From Candidatus Tenderia sp. (lineage in GTDB: Bacteria; Pseudomonadota; Gammaproteobacteria; Tenderiales; Tenderiaceae), in NCBI GenBank assembly GCA_031416075.1, contig JANOSY010000055.1, positions 1 through 64,000 on the forward strand: DNA of 64,000 bases, given 5' to 3'. A model generated the notes under the pieces. It worked only from the letters and a program-made list of their open reading frames with translations, made no database searches and was not told where the DNA came from. Both the position numbers and the translations under genes were made by a program. This document shows, piece after piece, positions 41,627 through 51,875 of the stretch. Positions within the stretch are counted from its first letter, which is position 1, and the number at the start of each line of letters is the position of its first letter.

Positions 41627-43099
41627 CTACTTCACATCGATCATCTGCACTGTACCATCTGCCAACGTCTCCACCATCTGCCCTTTTGGCTCTTCGAGGT
41701 AAAGCATGATCAGTGCAAAGACCAACGCGGCCGAAATCCCGATCACCAGGAAGAACTGGTTGTAAGGGACCAGAGAGTTCACGGTCAGGAAGACCACACC
41801 GCCCACATTTCCAAACGCGCCCACCATGCCGGCAATCTGGCCGGTCATGCGCCGCTGTACCAGTGGCACCATGGCATAGACCGCGCCCGACCCCATCTTG
41901 GAGAAGATGCCGCCCACAATCGTCAGCCCCACCACCATCCATACCGGCCACTCTTTGCTCATCAAACCCAACAGCAGAAAGCTGGCGGCAATCCCGGCAA
42001 AGACGATGATAAGGGTGCGGCGACGGCCAATACGGTCACTGACCCAACCGCCACCAGGACGTGCCATCAAATTCAGGAACGGGTAGATACCCGCCAGCAG
42101 CGCCGCCGTTACTTTGGGGATATCAAACCAGGAGACGTAGAGCATGGCCAACATTGAGACCACGGCCAGCTCGGTACCAAACGTTACAAAGTAGGCCCAG
42201 TCCAGCACTGCTACCTGTTTAAATTTGTAACGCTGCATTTCAGGCACTGGTTTTTTCAGTACATGGCCATTGACGTTCCAGATCTTCCACACTTGCAACA
42301 GATAGATGGCCGTTAATACCAGATAGATCACCATCGCCGCCGTGCCACTAATCAGCCCCAGCTGTGTCGGTGCCAGCTTCCAGGTCAGCAGCGCCAGCGC
42401 CAGGAACAGCGGTACATTCATCAATATGTAGATTGCCAGATCAGTGCCGCTGGTGATCTCCATCGCACCCATCTTTTTAGGTTTGAAGTAGGTAGATCCC
42501 TTGGGGGTATTGCTCACACGGGTGTAGTAGAAGACACCGTAGGCAATCGCCAGCAGACTGGCCACGGTAAGGGAGATGCGCCAGCCGTTGGCATCGCCGA
42601 TGTTGGCCGCCAGCACCGGCAGTGTTACCGCCGCAGCCGAGGAGCCAAAGTTACCCCAGCCACCGTAAATGCCCTGCGCCAGACCGGTCTGTTTAGCCGG
42701 AAACCACTCGCCAATCATACGAATGCCCACCACAAACCCGGCACCGATAAAACCGGACAGGAAGCGCATCAGCGCCAGCTGTTCATAACTCTGCGCCCAG
42801 GAGAAGGCGATGCTGATCACCCCCCCCAGGATCAATACCCCGGCATACATGATGCGCGGCCCAAACTTATCCACCAACATGCCCACCACAATACGGGCAG
42901 GGATGGTCATCGCTACGTTCAGGATCAGCAGCACCTTCGCCTGCTGATCGGTCAGACCCAACGCCTCTTTAATAAAAGGCATCATCGGCCCCAGGCCGAG
43001 CCACACCACAAAGGTCATAAAAAACGCAAACCAGGTGTAGTGCAGGATGCGGATATTGGCTTGATCTAACGCAAAGATGTTGAGTTTACTGCTGGACAT
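41627..43099 (-). CDS. NarK/NrtP-type MFS nitrate/nitrite transporter
   Basis: TIPARIVVGMLVDKFGPR, AQGIYGGWGNFGS, ARPGGGWVSD, GMVGAFGNVG. Confidence 0.93.
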   Translation of the reverse strand: MSSSKLNIFALDQANIRILHYTWFAFFMTFVVWLGLGPMMPFIKEALGLTDQQAKVLLILNVAMTIPARIVVGMLVDKFGPRIMYAGVLILGGVISIAFSWAQSYEQLALMRFLSGFIGAGFVVGIRMIGEWFPAKQTGLAQGIYGGWGNFGSSAAAVTLPVLAANIGDANGWRISLTVASLLAIAYGVFYYTRVSNTPKGSTYFKPKKMGAMEITSGTDLAIYILMNVPLFLALALLTWKLAPTQLGLISGTAAMVIYLVLTAIYLLQVWKIWNVNGHVLKKPVPEMQRYKFKQVAVLDWAYFVTFGTELAVVSMLAMLYVSWFDIPKVTAALLAGIYPFLNLMARPGGGWVSDRIGRRRTLIIVFAGIAASFLLLGLMSKEWPVWMVVGLTIVGGIFSKMGSGAVYAMVPLVQRRMTGQIAGMVGAFGNVGGVVFLTVNSLVPYNQFFLVIGISAALVFALIMLYLEEPKGQMVETLADGTVQMIDVK

Positions 43100-43141
43100 G
43101 ATAGTTACCTTGATTAACCCCGTTGTTAATTAACGGTGGTT

Positions 43142-43238
43142 TTGCAGCAACCGTGCCAACTATTCAACACTTTGATTAACAAAGAATAAACAACTTATCG
43201 CGCAACAATGATGCATAAAAAAGAGCACTCTTGGTGCG
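43142..43238 (-). promoter_or_regulatory. sigma54 promoter with NtrC-like sites upstream of the transporter
   Basis: Minus strand TGGCACGGTTGCTGCAA (43142-43158). Sites cgcgcaacaatgatgca and agagcactcttggtgcg lie upstream. Confidence 0.75.
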
Positions 43239-43334
43239 CTGCACCAGACAAGCGTTCTAGAGTGGGGCGCAACCACTACGCCGTGAGACAAACAGGGGCA
43301 GTGGCCGCCACATCAAACAGTGATGGCTGAATAT

Positions 43335-43712
43335 TCAGGCCATGTCTGTCTCAAGATCCTGATAATCATCCACCCTAAACCGTGGGGTACAGATGGCCAA
43401 AAACAGCAGGTCATCCTCGCCTATATTGGTAATGCGCTGGCGGCAACGCGCCGGGATCACCACCACATCGCCCGCCCCTACCTGCTGTGCGGCCAGCGTG
43501 CCGATCTCTACCATTCCCGTACCACTGATGATGCAATAGCGCTCTTCACTCTGATTAAGTAGATGCCAGCATGTGGTCACCCCTGGGGCCACCCTGGCCC
43601 GCGCTATGGAGAGCTGCGGGTCGTCCGCCGAGTTTGAAAGTTCGGTAATGTAACAGCGCTCCGGGGTATAAAACTCCTGCGCCAGACTGCCCTGTTTAAT
43701 CGTTGCTGCCAT
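43335..43712 (-). CDS. Cupin-domain protein
   Basis: SIARARVAPG.TT.WH.L...EERY..ISG.G, GDVVVIP, FLAICTPRF. Confidence 0.88.
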   Translation of the reverse strand: MAATIKQGSLAQEFYTPERCYITELSNSADDPQLSIARARVAPGVTTCWHLLNQSEERYCIISGTGMVEIGTLAAQQVGAGDVVVIPARCRQRITNIGEDDLLFLAICTPRFRVDDYQDLETDMA

Positions 43713-43772
43713 TCACTGATCTCCCCAATACCATTAAATTTACCCGCCCCACTCTACCCTTTTATTACATCA

Positions 43773-43942
43773 ATACCGTGATGGTGCAGATTCATTTCCC
43801 CATCGCACCCATCTGGTGCGCCCACGCTTCAAATGTGTGCCGTACTACCATAAACAAACCTACCTTCCCCGTAGAACCTATCTACCCACCTCAATAAAAT
43901 CAATCAATTAGACTGATTTTTATTATTGGCGCACAAATTGCT
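43773..43942 (+). promoter_or_regulatory. NtrC-like sites and sigma54 promoter of nirB
   Basis: CGCACCCATCTGGTGCG (43804) and TGGCGCACAAATTGCT (43927-43942). Confidence 0.78.
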
Positions 43943-43986
43943 AACATATCGACCAATATAGTCTGGTTTTACATTGGGAGCTTGAG

Positions 43987-46416
43987 ATGAAAGAAAAACT
44001 GGTATTAATCGGTAACGGCATGGCCGGCATGCGAGCACTGGAAGAGTTGCTGAAAATCACCCCCGATATGTACGACATCACCGTTTTTGGTGCCGAGCCC
44101 TACGGCAACTACAACCGCATCTTACTCTCCCCGGTACTGGCGGGTGAAAAGAGCATTGATGACATCATGCTCAATACCGTTGAGTGGTACAAAGAGAACA
44201 ACATCACCCTGCACGCAGGTAAAAAAGTGGCCAATGTCAACCGTAAAAAGCGCGTTGTCATCGCCGAGGATGGTACTGAGGAACCTTACGACCGACTGCT
44301 GCTGGCCACCGGCTCTAACCCATTTATCATCCCCGTGCCGGGCCATAACCTCACCGGCGTGATCGGTTTCCGCGATATCAAAGATGTAGACACCATGCTG
44401 GAAACCTCCAAATCCAGAAAACATGCCGTGGTCATTGGTGGGGGTCTACTAGGTCTCGAAGCCGCCAACGGTTTGCAGATCCAAGGTATGGATGTAACCG
44501 TTGTGCATCTGTGCGACACCCTGATGGAACGGCAGATGGACGGTGTCTCCGGCAAAATGTTACAAAAAGCGCTGGAAGAGCGCGGGCTTCAGTTCCTGAT
44601 GGCGACCCAGACGGAAGCTATTCTGGGTGACGACCACGTTAAGGGGGTGCGTTTCAAAGGTGGCCTGGAGATATCAGCGGATATCGTGGTGATGGCAGCG
44701 GGGATTCGCCCCAACATCGAGCTGGCCAAAAAGATCGGCCTGCATTGCGAACGGGGCGTTGTTGTAAATGACACCATGCAGACCTACGACCCCAAAATCT
44801 ACGCCGTGGGTGAGTGTGTGCAGCACCGTGGTGATACCTACGGTCTGGTCGCCCCGCTGTTTGAACAGGCCAAGGTCTGTGCCAACCATCTGGCCAAACT
44901 GGGCATTGGTGCCTATCAAGGCTCTGTCACCTCCACCAAACTTAAGGTAACGGGCATTGACCTCTTCTCCGCCGGTGATTTTATCGGTGACGAGAGCACG
45001 GAAGAGATTGTGATGAAAGATGCCTCCCGTGGCGTCTATAAGAAGATCGTCATCAAAGATAACCGGATCAAAGGGGCCGTCATGTACGGTGATACGGTCG
45101 ACGGCTCCTGGTACTTCCAGCTGCTGCGTGATGGCACTGATGTCAGTGAGTTCCGCGACTCTCTGATCTTTGGTCAGGCCCAGATTGGCGAGGCCGGCCA
45201 CGGCGGCCAGAACGCCGCCTCCGCCATGAGCGCCGAGATGGAAGTGTGCGGCTGTAACGGCGTCTGCAAGGGGGATATCGTCAAGGCCATCACCACCAAA
45301 GGGCTGTTTACCCTGGAAGAGGTGCGCGCCCATACCAAGGCCTCCGCCTCCTGTGGCTCCTGCACCGGACTGGTGGAGCAGATCCTCTCCTCCACCGTGG
45401 GCGACTACTCCGCCACCCCCAAGAAAAAGCCGATGTGTGGCTGTACCGACCATACCCATGACGAAGTTCGGGCCGCCATCGCCCAGAATAAGTTGACCAC
45501 CATCGCCGCTGTACGTGAATTCATGGAGTGGCGCAACGTCGACGGCTGCGCCTCCTGCCGCCCGGCACTCAACTTCTACGTGCTGGCCGCCTGGCCACAT
45601 GAGGCCAAGGATGATCCACAGTCACGCTTCATCAACGAACGTGCCCATGCCAATATTCAGAAAGATGGCACCTACTCCGTCGTGCCACGTATGTGGGGCG
45701 GTGTCACTAACTCCACCGAACTACGCGCCCTTGCCGATGCCGCTGATAAGTACAAGGCCAAGATGGTCAAGGTCACTGGCGGCCAGCGTATCGATCTGTT
45801 TGGTATCAAAAAAGAGGATCTGCCCAGCATCTGGGGCGACCTGAATGCTGCGGGCATGGTCTCCGGCCACGCCTACGGCAAATCACTGCGTACCGTTAAA
45901 ACCTGCGTTGGCTCCGAGTGGTGCCGCTTTGGTACCCAAGACTCCACCGGTCTGGGAATCAAGATCGAGAAGATGACCTGGGGTACCCAGACCCCCCATA
46001 AGTTCAAAATCGCCGTCTCCGGCTGCCCACGCAACTGTGCCGAAGCCACCATCAAGGATTTTGGTGTGGTCTGTGTTGACTCCGGTTACGAACTGCACGT
46101 CGGCGGTAACGGCGGTATCCACGTCCGTGCTACCGATCTGCTGGCCAGGGTTAAAACCGAAGAGGAGGCAATGGAGTACTGTGGTGCCTTTATGCAGGTC
46201 TACCGTGAAGAGGCCCACTACTTGGACCGTACCGCACCGTGGATTGAACGTGTCGGTTTGAGCTACGTAAAACAGCGTGTTGTCGAAGATGAAGCGGGCC
46301 GCAAGGCGCTGTACAAACGATTCCTGGAGTCACAAGAGGTGTTCCGTTTTGACCCTTGGGCCAGACAGATCGCCGAACATCGCGACAACTACATCCCCAT
46401 CAAAAAGATTGGGTGA
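43987..46416 (+). CDS. nirB: NADH-dependent nitrite reductase large subunit
   Basis: IGNGMAG, IGGGLLGLEAA, CGCNGV/CGSC, KTCVGSEWCRFG, SGCPRNC. Confidence 0.97.
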   Translation: MKEKLVLIGNGMAGMRALEELLKITPDMYDITVFGAEPYGNYNRILLSPVLAGEKSIDDIMLNTVEWYKENNITLHAGKKVANVNRKKRVVIAEDGTEEPYDRLLLATGSNPFIIPVPGHNLTGVIGFRDIKDVDTMLETSKSRKHAVVIGGGLLGLEAANGLQIQGMDVTVVHLCDTLMERQMDGVSGKMLQKALEERGLQFLMATQTEAILGDDHVKGVRFKGGLEISADIVVMAAGIRPNIELAKKIGLHCERGVVVNDTMQTYDPKIYAVGECVQHRGDTYGLVAPLFEQAKVCANHLAKLGIGAYQGSVTSTKLKVTGIDLFSAGDFIGDESTEEIVMKDASRGVYKKIVIKDNRIKGAVMYGDTVDGSWYFQLLRDGTDVSEFRDSLIFGQAQIGEAGHGGQNAASAMSAEMEVCGCNGVCKGDIVKAITTKGLFTLEEVRAHTKASASCGSCTGLVEQILSSTVGDYSATPKKKPMCGCTDHTHDEVRAAIAQNKLTTIAAVREFMEWRNVDGCASCRPALNFYVLAAWPHEAKDDPQSRFINERAHANIQKDGTYSVVPRMWGGVTNSTELRALADAADKYKAKMVKVTGGQRIDLFGIKKEDLPSIWGDLNAAGMVSGHAYGKSLRTVKTCVGSEWCRFGTQDSTGLGIKIEKMTWGTQTPHKFKIAVSGCPRNCAEATIKDFGVVCVDSGYELHVGGNGGIHVRATDLLARVKTEEEAMEYCGAFMQVYREEAHYLDRTAPWIERVGLSYVKQRVVEDEAGRKALYKRFLESQEVFRFDPWARQIAEHRDNYIPIKKIG

Positions 46417-46427
46417 GTTTTATAAAT

Positions 46428-46541
46428 GATAGGGTGGGCACGTTTTTGTGCCCACCAAGCGTTGCGAAGCAACACAAATATTTTTTAAATGAGTCGCCGC
46501 TGGCGATGAATTGGTGGGCACAAAAAGCGTGCCCGCCCTAC
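46428..46541. repeat. Inverted REP doublet between nirB and nirD
   Basis: tagggtgggcacgtttttgtgcccacc ... ggtgggcacaaaaagcgtgcccgccctac. Confidence 0.8.
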
Positions 46542-46569
46542 ATTGATTTTGATTGAGGCATTGAGAGAA

Positions 46570-46878
46570 ATGAGCAACTGGATTGAAGTAGGCAAGGTCA
46601 CCGACATACCCAAACTGGGCGCACGGGTAGTGGAGACCAGCCGTGGCGACATCGGTATCTTCCGCACTGCCGACGATGAGATCTTTGCCCTGCGTGACAA
46701 ATGTCCACATAAAAACGGCCCGCTGTCACAGGGCATCGTCCATGGCAAACGTGTTACCTGCCCGCTGCACAGCTGGAAAATCGAACTCGAATCAGGCGAA
46801 GCCGTGGCCCCGGATGTAGGCTGCGCGGCCAGATATGAGACCAAGATTGAGGATGGCATAATCTTTTTGACACTGTAA
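46570..46878 (+). CDS. nirD: Nitrite reductase small (Rieske) subunit
   Basis: CPHKNGPLSQG, CPLHSW. Confidence 0.95.
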   Translation: MSNWIEVGKVTDIPKLGARVVETSRGDIGIFRTADDEIFALRDKCPHKNGPLSQGIVHGKRVTCPLHSWKIELESGEAVAPDVGCAARYETKIEDGIIFLTL

Positions 46879-47021
46879 TCAACCTCACCACTCCAGGTTA
46901 ATGCCAGACTCAACATGGCGTGGTGCAGCGACAATAAGGAGCTAATCACGATCTTGGCCAGGGGGTAGAGTAAGATCGTGAACACGCTCTCAAAAATGGA
47001 TGTCAATCGGCGGGATCAATC

Positions 47022-49673
47022 ATGACCAATACAACAGCAACCACCTGTCCCTACTGCGGCGTTGGCTGCGGTGTGCTTGCCACAGTCACGGATAGCGGTG
47101 TTGCCATCAAGGGTGATACAACTCACCCGGCCAACTTTGGCCGTCTCTGCTCCAAGGGTTCTGCCCTGGGCGAAACCGTGGGGCTGGATGAGCGCCTGCT
47201 CTCCCCCATGATCGACGGCGTAGACAGCAGCTGGGACGATGCCCTCAATCGTGTCGCCGCTGGCTTTAACGCCGTGATCAAAGAGCACGGCCCGGATGCC
47301 GTCGCCATGTACGTCTCCGGCCAGCTGCTCACCGAGGACTACTACGTCGCCAACAAATTGATGAAGGGGTATGTCGGCAGCGCCAACATCGATACCAACT
47401 CACGCCTCTGCATGTCATCGTCGGTGGCGGGCCACAAACGCGCCTTTGGTTCCGACACCGTACCGTGCAGCTATGAAGACTTGGAGCGCGCCAAACTCAT
47501 CGTGCTGGTCGGTTCCAACGCTGCCTGGTGCCACCCAGTTTTGTATCAGCGCATCGTCAAGGCCAAAAAAGAGAATCGCGATCTTCAGGTCATTGTTATC
47601 GATCCCCGCAAGACCGCCACCTGCGACATCGCCGATCTGCACCTGCCACTTAAACCCGGCAGTGATGCACTGCTCTTTAACGGCCTGCTCACCTACCTGA
47701 ATCAGGATGGCGAGTTTAACGATCTCTACGTCAACCACTACACCGAAGGGCATCAAGCGGCCCTGGATATGGCCCAGACAACCGCCCCTACGGTGGAGGC
47801 CGTGGCAGAAAAATGTGGCCTGCCCGCTGCCGACGTTGCCGAATTTTATCGTCTTTTTGCCCGTACAGAACGGGTCATCACCGTCTACTCACAAGGGATC
47901 AACCAATCCAGCAGCGGCACCGACAAGGTCAACGCCATCATCAACTGCCATCTGCTCACGGGCCGTATCGGTCGTGCCGGCATGGGGCCGTTCTCTTTCA
48001 CCGGCCAACCCAATGCCATGGGTGGACGCGAGGTAGGTGGCATGGCCAACATGCTCGCTGCCCACATGGAGATCAACAATCCAGACCATCGTCAACTGGT
48101 GCAAGGGTTCTGGCAGTCACCCCTCATCGCCGACCATCAGGGTTTAAAAGCGGTGGATATGTTTAACGCCATCGATGCCGGGCGCATCAAGGCCGTCTGG
48201 ATCATCGCCACCAACCCGGTAGTCAGCATGCCCGACGCCGACCACGTCCGTAGTGCGCTACAAAAGTGCGACCTTGTGGTTGTCTCAGACATCATGCGCC
48301 ACACCGATACCACCGCCCTTGGCCATGTACTGCTGCCGGCACTCGGCTGGGGCGAAAAAGAGGGCACCGTCACCAACAGCGAACGCCGCATCTCACGCCA
48401 ACGCCCCTTCCTCGCCGCACCCGGCCAGGCCAAACCTGACTGGTGGGCCATTGCTGAAGTGGCCCAACGGATGGGGTTCAGCAACGGCTTTGGTTTCACC
48501 AGCGCTGCCGACATCTTTCGTGAACACGCCGCCCTCTCCGGCCACCAAAACGGTGGTAAACGCGACTTTGATATTGGCGAACTGAGCAACATCAACGACG
48601 CCCAATATGATCTGCTGGAACCCATTCAATGGCCAGTAAAAGAGGGGCGTGGCACTGCCCGCATGTTTACCACCGGCAAGTTTTTCACCCCTTCGGGCAA
48701 GGCGCAATTCATCGCCATTGAGCCGCGTCCACCACAGAACGGCACCAGTGAAGATTTCCCTTTCACGCTCAATACCGGTCGTGTGCGTGACCACTGGCAC
48801 ACCATGACCCGTACCGGCAAAGCGCCACGCCTGAGTGAACACACCGCCGAACCCTATGTAGAGATTCATCCGCTCGACGGCAAGGAGTCAAGGGTAAAAG
48901 ATGGCGCGCTGGCCAAGGTCTTCAGCCGCTGGGGCGAGGTGATTGTGCGAGTCCGATACGACGACGCGCAGCAGCGCGGCAGTGTTTTTATTCCGATGCA
49001 CTGGAACGATCAGTTCGCCAGTCAGGCGCGAGTTGATACGCTGGTCAATCCCGTGGTTGATCCGGTATCCGGCCAGCCAGAGTTAAAACAGACACCCGTA
49101 CGGGTGCAGCCCTACCAAGCCGCCTGGCATGGCTTTTTGTTGTCACGGCGCAAGCTCGACATCAAAGGGGCCAGTTACTGGGTGCGTGCCACCGGTGATG
49201 GCTTTTATCGTTACGAGATTGCCGGGGACCAGGCAACCGAGAACTGGCCCAGCTGGGCGCGCAGCATGCTCTGCGCCAGCGATAACGACGTCCACTGGGT
49301 CGAATACCACGACGCCCGTCGCCACCACTATCGCGGTGTGCGTATGGTCAGCAATCGTGTTGAGAGTTGTATCTTCATCGCCCCCAGCCATGAACTACCC
49401 TCACGCAGCTGGCTCGCCGGACTCTTTGCCAAAGAGACACTGGCCGATGACGAACGCAAAGGCATCCTGCTCGGCAAACCCCCCGTCGGCCAGGCCGATG
49501 TCGGCCACATCGTCTGCGCCTGTTTCTCTGTGGGCATCAACACCATCACCGCCGCCATCAAGGCACAAAACCTCACCAGCGCCGAAGCCATCGGTAAGGC
49601 ACTCAAGGCCGGCACCAACTGTGGCTCTTGTGTGCCGGAGTTGAAACAGATATTGGCCGAGCGGGATGAGTAG
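47022..49673 (+). CDS. nasA: Assimilatory nitrate reductase catalytic subunit
   Basis: TCPYCGVGCG, LCSKG, NSRLCM, TGQPNAMGGRE, C-terminal BFD-type CAC...CGSC. Confidence 0.95.
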   Translation: MTNTTATTCPYCGVGCGVLATVTDSGVAIKGDTTHPANFGRLCSKGSALGETVGLDERLLSPMIDGVDSSWDDALNRVAAGFNAVIKEHGPDAVAMYVSGQLLTEDYYVANKLMKGYVGSANIDTNSRLCMSSSVAGHKRAFGSDTVPCSYEDLERAKLIVLVGSNAAWCHPVLYQRIVKAKKENRDLQVIVIDPRKTATCDIADLHLPLKPGSDALLFNGLLTYLNQDGEFNDLYVNHYTEGHQAALDMAQTTAPTVEAVAEKCGLPAADVAEFYRLFARTERVITVYSQGINQSSSGTDKVNAIINCHLLTGRIGRAGMGPFSFTGQPNAMGGREVGGMANMLAAHMEINNPDHRQLVQGFWQSPLIADHQGLKAVDMFNAIDAGRIKAVWIIATNPVVSMPDADHVRSALQKCDLVVVSDIMRHTDTTALGHVLLPALGWGEKEGTVTNSERRISRQRPFLAAPGQAKPDWWAIAEVAQRMGFSNGFGFTSAADIFREHAALSGHQNGGKRDFDIGELSNINDAQYDLLEPIQWPVKEGRGTARMFTTGKFFTPSGKAQFIAIEPRPPQNGTSEDFPFTLNTGRVRDHWHTMTRTGKAPRLSEHTAEPYVEIHPLDGKESRVKDGALAKVFSRWGEVIVRVRYDDAQQRGSVFIPMHWNDQFASQARVDTLVNPVVDPVSGQPELKQTPVRVQPYQAAWHGFLLSRRKLDIKGASYWVRATGDGFYRYEIAGDQATENWPSWARSMLCASDNDVHWVEYHDARRHHYRGVRMVSNRVESCIFIAPSHELPSRSWLAGLFAKETLADDERKGILLGKPPVGQADVGHIVCACFSVGINTITAAIKAQNLTSAEAIGKALKAGTNCGSCVPELKQILAERDE

Positions 49674-49776
49674 ATCGGAGTTGAGTAGTTTTACCTCAGG
49701 TTTTGTCATACAAACAAAGTCGAATTGGTTCGGGATTTGTATGTTTCAAAGCAGCCAGGAGCAGCCGTTGGATTTT

Positions 49777-50056
49777 GTAGCCTGGATGGAACGGAGTGGA
49801 ATCCGGGACGGAGGATAACCCCGGATTACGCTATCGCTGCATCCAGGCTACTCGCTGCATCCCAAATCGACGTTAGTGAAGACAGAGTGGGGACATGGCT
49901 ACTTAAGTCTGTCCGCAGCAACGGCAGATAGCCCGGATCGTCCCTCCACCCCGGCACCTTTCGGGTGCGAGGTGAATCATACAAGCCTGGATGGAACGGA
50001 GTGGAATCCGGGACGGAAGATAACCCCGGATTACGCTATCGCTGCATCCGAGCTAC
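49777..50056. repeat. Two ~75 bp palindromic REP units
   Basis: gcctggatggaacggagtggaatccgggacgg.ataaccccggattacgctatcgctgcatcc at 49777 and 49984. Confidence 0.85.
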
Positions 50057-50880
50057 TCGCTCTTCCCATCAAAATCTTTCTGCATACTCTGAATGAATAT
50101 GACTGGAGAAATACCAAAATCCGGCTCGAGAATCGATCGAAGGTACTGTGATGGCTCTGGCAGTAATGTCATTAATACCTCATGCGAAATCTGTCTCACA
50201 AGAGCTCGCAACAGTCTCAACCCCGAGCCTTTCTTTGAAACTGGGGTAACACGCTCTGGTGAGATTGGCTCATTCGGATTGGTGACTGCGTCACCTTCAA
50301 TGATCTGGCATTCATAGGTATAATTTGCGTTCCTCGTTAACTCAAAGTACGCCTTTTCAATTCCTGGTGAAACGTGCCCTCCCCTATCCTGATTAGCCAT
50401 CTGCCTAATAAGTCGTCGGCGAGGAAACACATCCCCGGAAGTGGTACGCAGAATCGAGGCCTCCCACCAAGCGTGAAACGAAGTACAAAGTGGCTCATTA
50501 GATGTTAGTGCGAACAGATGAGGCTCCCAGTCGGCAAACAGTAACCCGTCCCGCGGTATCGTCGTCTGAAATGCCAGACCAGCAACGGGGGCAGTTGATA
50601 TATTGGGATTCCCTTTGTTCATTGTTTTCGCAGTATCAATGAATTCCATCGACTCCCAACCTAATTGATGAAGAAGTGATCGACTTGTCGTCTTGGGGTT
50701 GTCAAGTAACAAAACCCTTAGGTTTAAAGCAATCTCTGCCGCGAAATATTTTTTGCCTTGGTCAAAATTACTGCAATGCGACTGGAGCACCTCTAGGTGT
50801 TCCATTAGTAATTCCTGCAATTCAGCAGTAGGCCTCTCCACGTGCTGCTGTTTCTCCTTAGGCAAACGATGTTTACTCAT
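50053..50880 (-). CDS. Hypothetical protein (REP-flanked)
   Basis: 275 aa ORF. Motifs LRVLL.D, F..WW, ANQDRGGHV. Confidence 0.7.
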   Translation of the reverse strand: MSKHRLPKEKQQHVERPTAELQELLMEHLEVLQSHCSNFDQGKKYFAAEIALNLRVLLLDNPKTTSRSLLHQLGWESMEFIDTAKTMNKGNPNISTAPVAGLAFQTTIPRDGLLFADWEPHLFALTSNEPLCTSFHAWWEASILRTTSGDVFPRRRLIRQMANQDRGGHVSPGIEKAYFELTRNANYTYECQIIEGDAVTNPNEPISPERVTPVSKKGSGLRLLRALVRQISHEVLMTLLPEPSQYLRSILEPDFGISPVIFIQSMQKDFDGKSE

Positions 50881-51009
50881 GGCTTACATGACTCCGGTGA
50901 CTAACGAGGCTGTTTTTTCTCGTTCCCACGCTCCAGCGTGGGAACGCATACGGTGATTAATGAATGGTATCAGGTATGGATCCCATGGAGGACAGTGGGA
51001 ACCAGCCAC

Positions 51010-51805
51010 GTAGGGTGGGCACCGCCCACCAACTCAAACATCTTCAACACACTCATCCAATATTTCATTACCTGAATCACCACCACACCCCCATTCAATC
51101 CCATATATACCTTCGCGCACATATCGATGAAATGTTGAATATGGCCATTCGTTTACATTACTCACCAGGCCATGTTTAACCGGGTTGAAATGAATATAAT
51201 CCATGTGCGCCTGATAATCGGTTTCATCTCTTATTTGATGCTCCCAAAATCGTCGCTGCCATATTGTGGCTTCACGATGGCGCGTCTTTGAATCGTTCAT
51301 CCATTCATCGCGTTGAAACAGCTGTTTCGTTTTTTTGGTGAAACCGGCTTTAATCAGCCCCCATCTTTTCGAATAGTCGTTGTCGCCTGCGGGCAGTCGC
51401 CATATGCAGTGAAGATGGTCTGGCAGCAATACCCACGCTTCTATCGTAAAGGGATACTGGCTACGCACCTCTTCAATGGCGCTTCTTAGTGCGATCCGGC
51501 TCTCTGGCAAGGTCAATAACGGTCGTCTGCGGTAGGTGACAACCGTGAAGAAGTAGGCTCCGCCTTCTGCTCGTGTTCTACGATAATTCGACATGACTGT
51601 TGGGTTTTTGCGTGGGCGATGCCCACCCTACTTTTTGTTTTAAATCGGAAGCTGTCTGGAGTCCCACTCTACCTATCAATCCTCACTACAACCAGCGCAT
51701 CTTAAAAAGAACAGCTTACGCCCATTCGTGTGGTGGGCCAGCAACCATTCATGGTCTGGCTATTTGTTATAGGGGTTAGGCTGCGGTGGGCGATGCCCAC
51801 CCTAC
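51010..51805. repeat. GTAGGGTGGGC REPs flanking the RAYT
   Basis: gtagggtgggcaccgcccacc at 51010; gtgggcgatgcccaccctac at 51612 and 51786. Confidence 0.85.
51034..51594 (-). CDS. REP-associated tyrosine transposase (RAYT)
   Basis: YFFTVVT, LPDHLH (HUH), WQRRFWEH, YIHFNPVKHG, WPYS. Confidence 0.93.
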   Translation of the reverse strand: MSNYRRTRAEGGAYFFTVVTYRRRPLLTLPESRIALRSAIEEVRSQYPFTIEAWVLLPDHLHCIWRLPAGDNDYSKRWGLIKAGFTKKTKQLFQRDEWMNDSKTRHREATIWQRRFWEHQIRDETDYQAHMDYIHFNPVKHGLVSNVNEWPYSTFHRYVREGIYGIEWGCGGDSGNEILDECVEDV

Positions 51806-51875
51806 TTTTTGCTTCGAATCGGAAGTTGTCTGTGACCCTATCTTACCGATCAATCCTCATTAAAACCATCACACC

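Noticed and set aside
49777-50056. Repeats as a CRISPR array
   Set aside because: Only two ~75-bp palindromic units, no regular spacers and no cas genes; they are REP-type.
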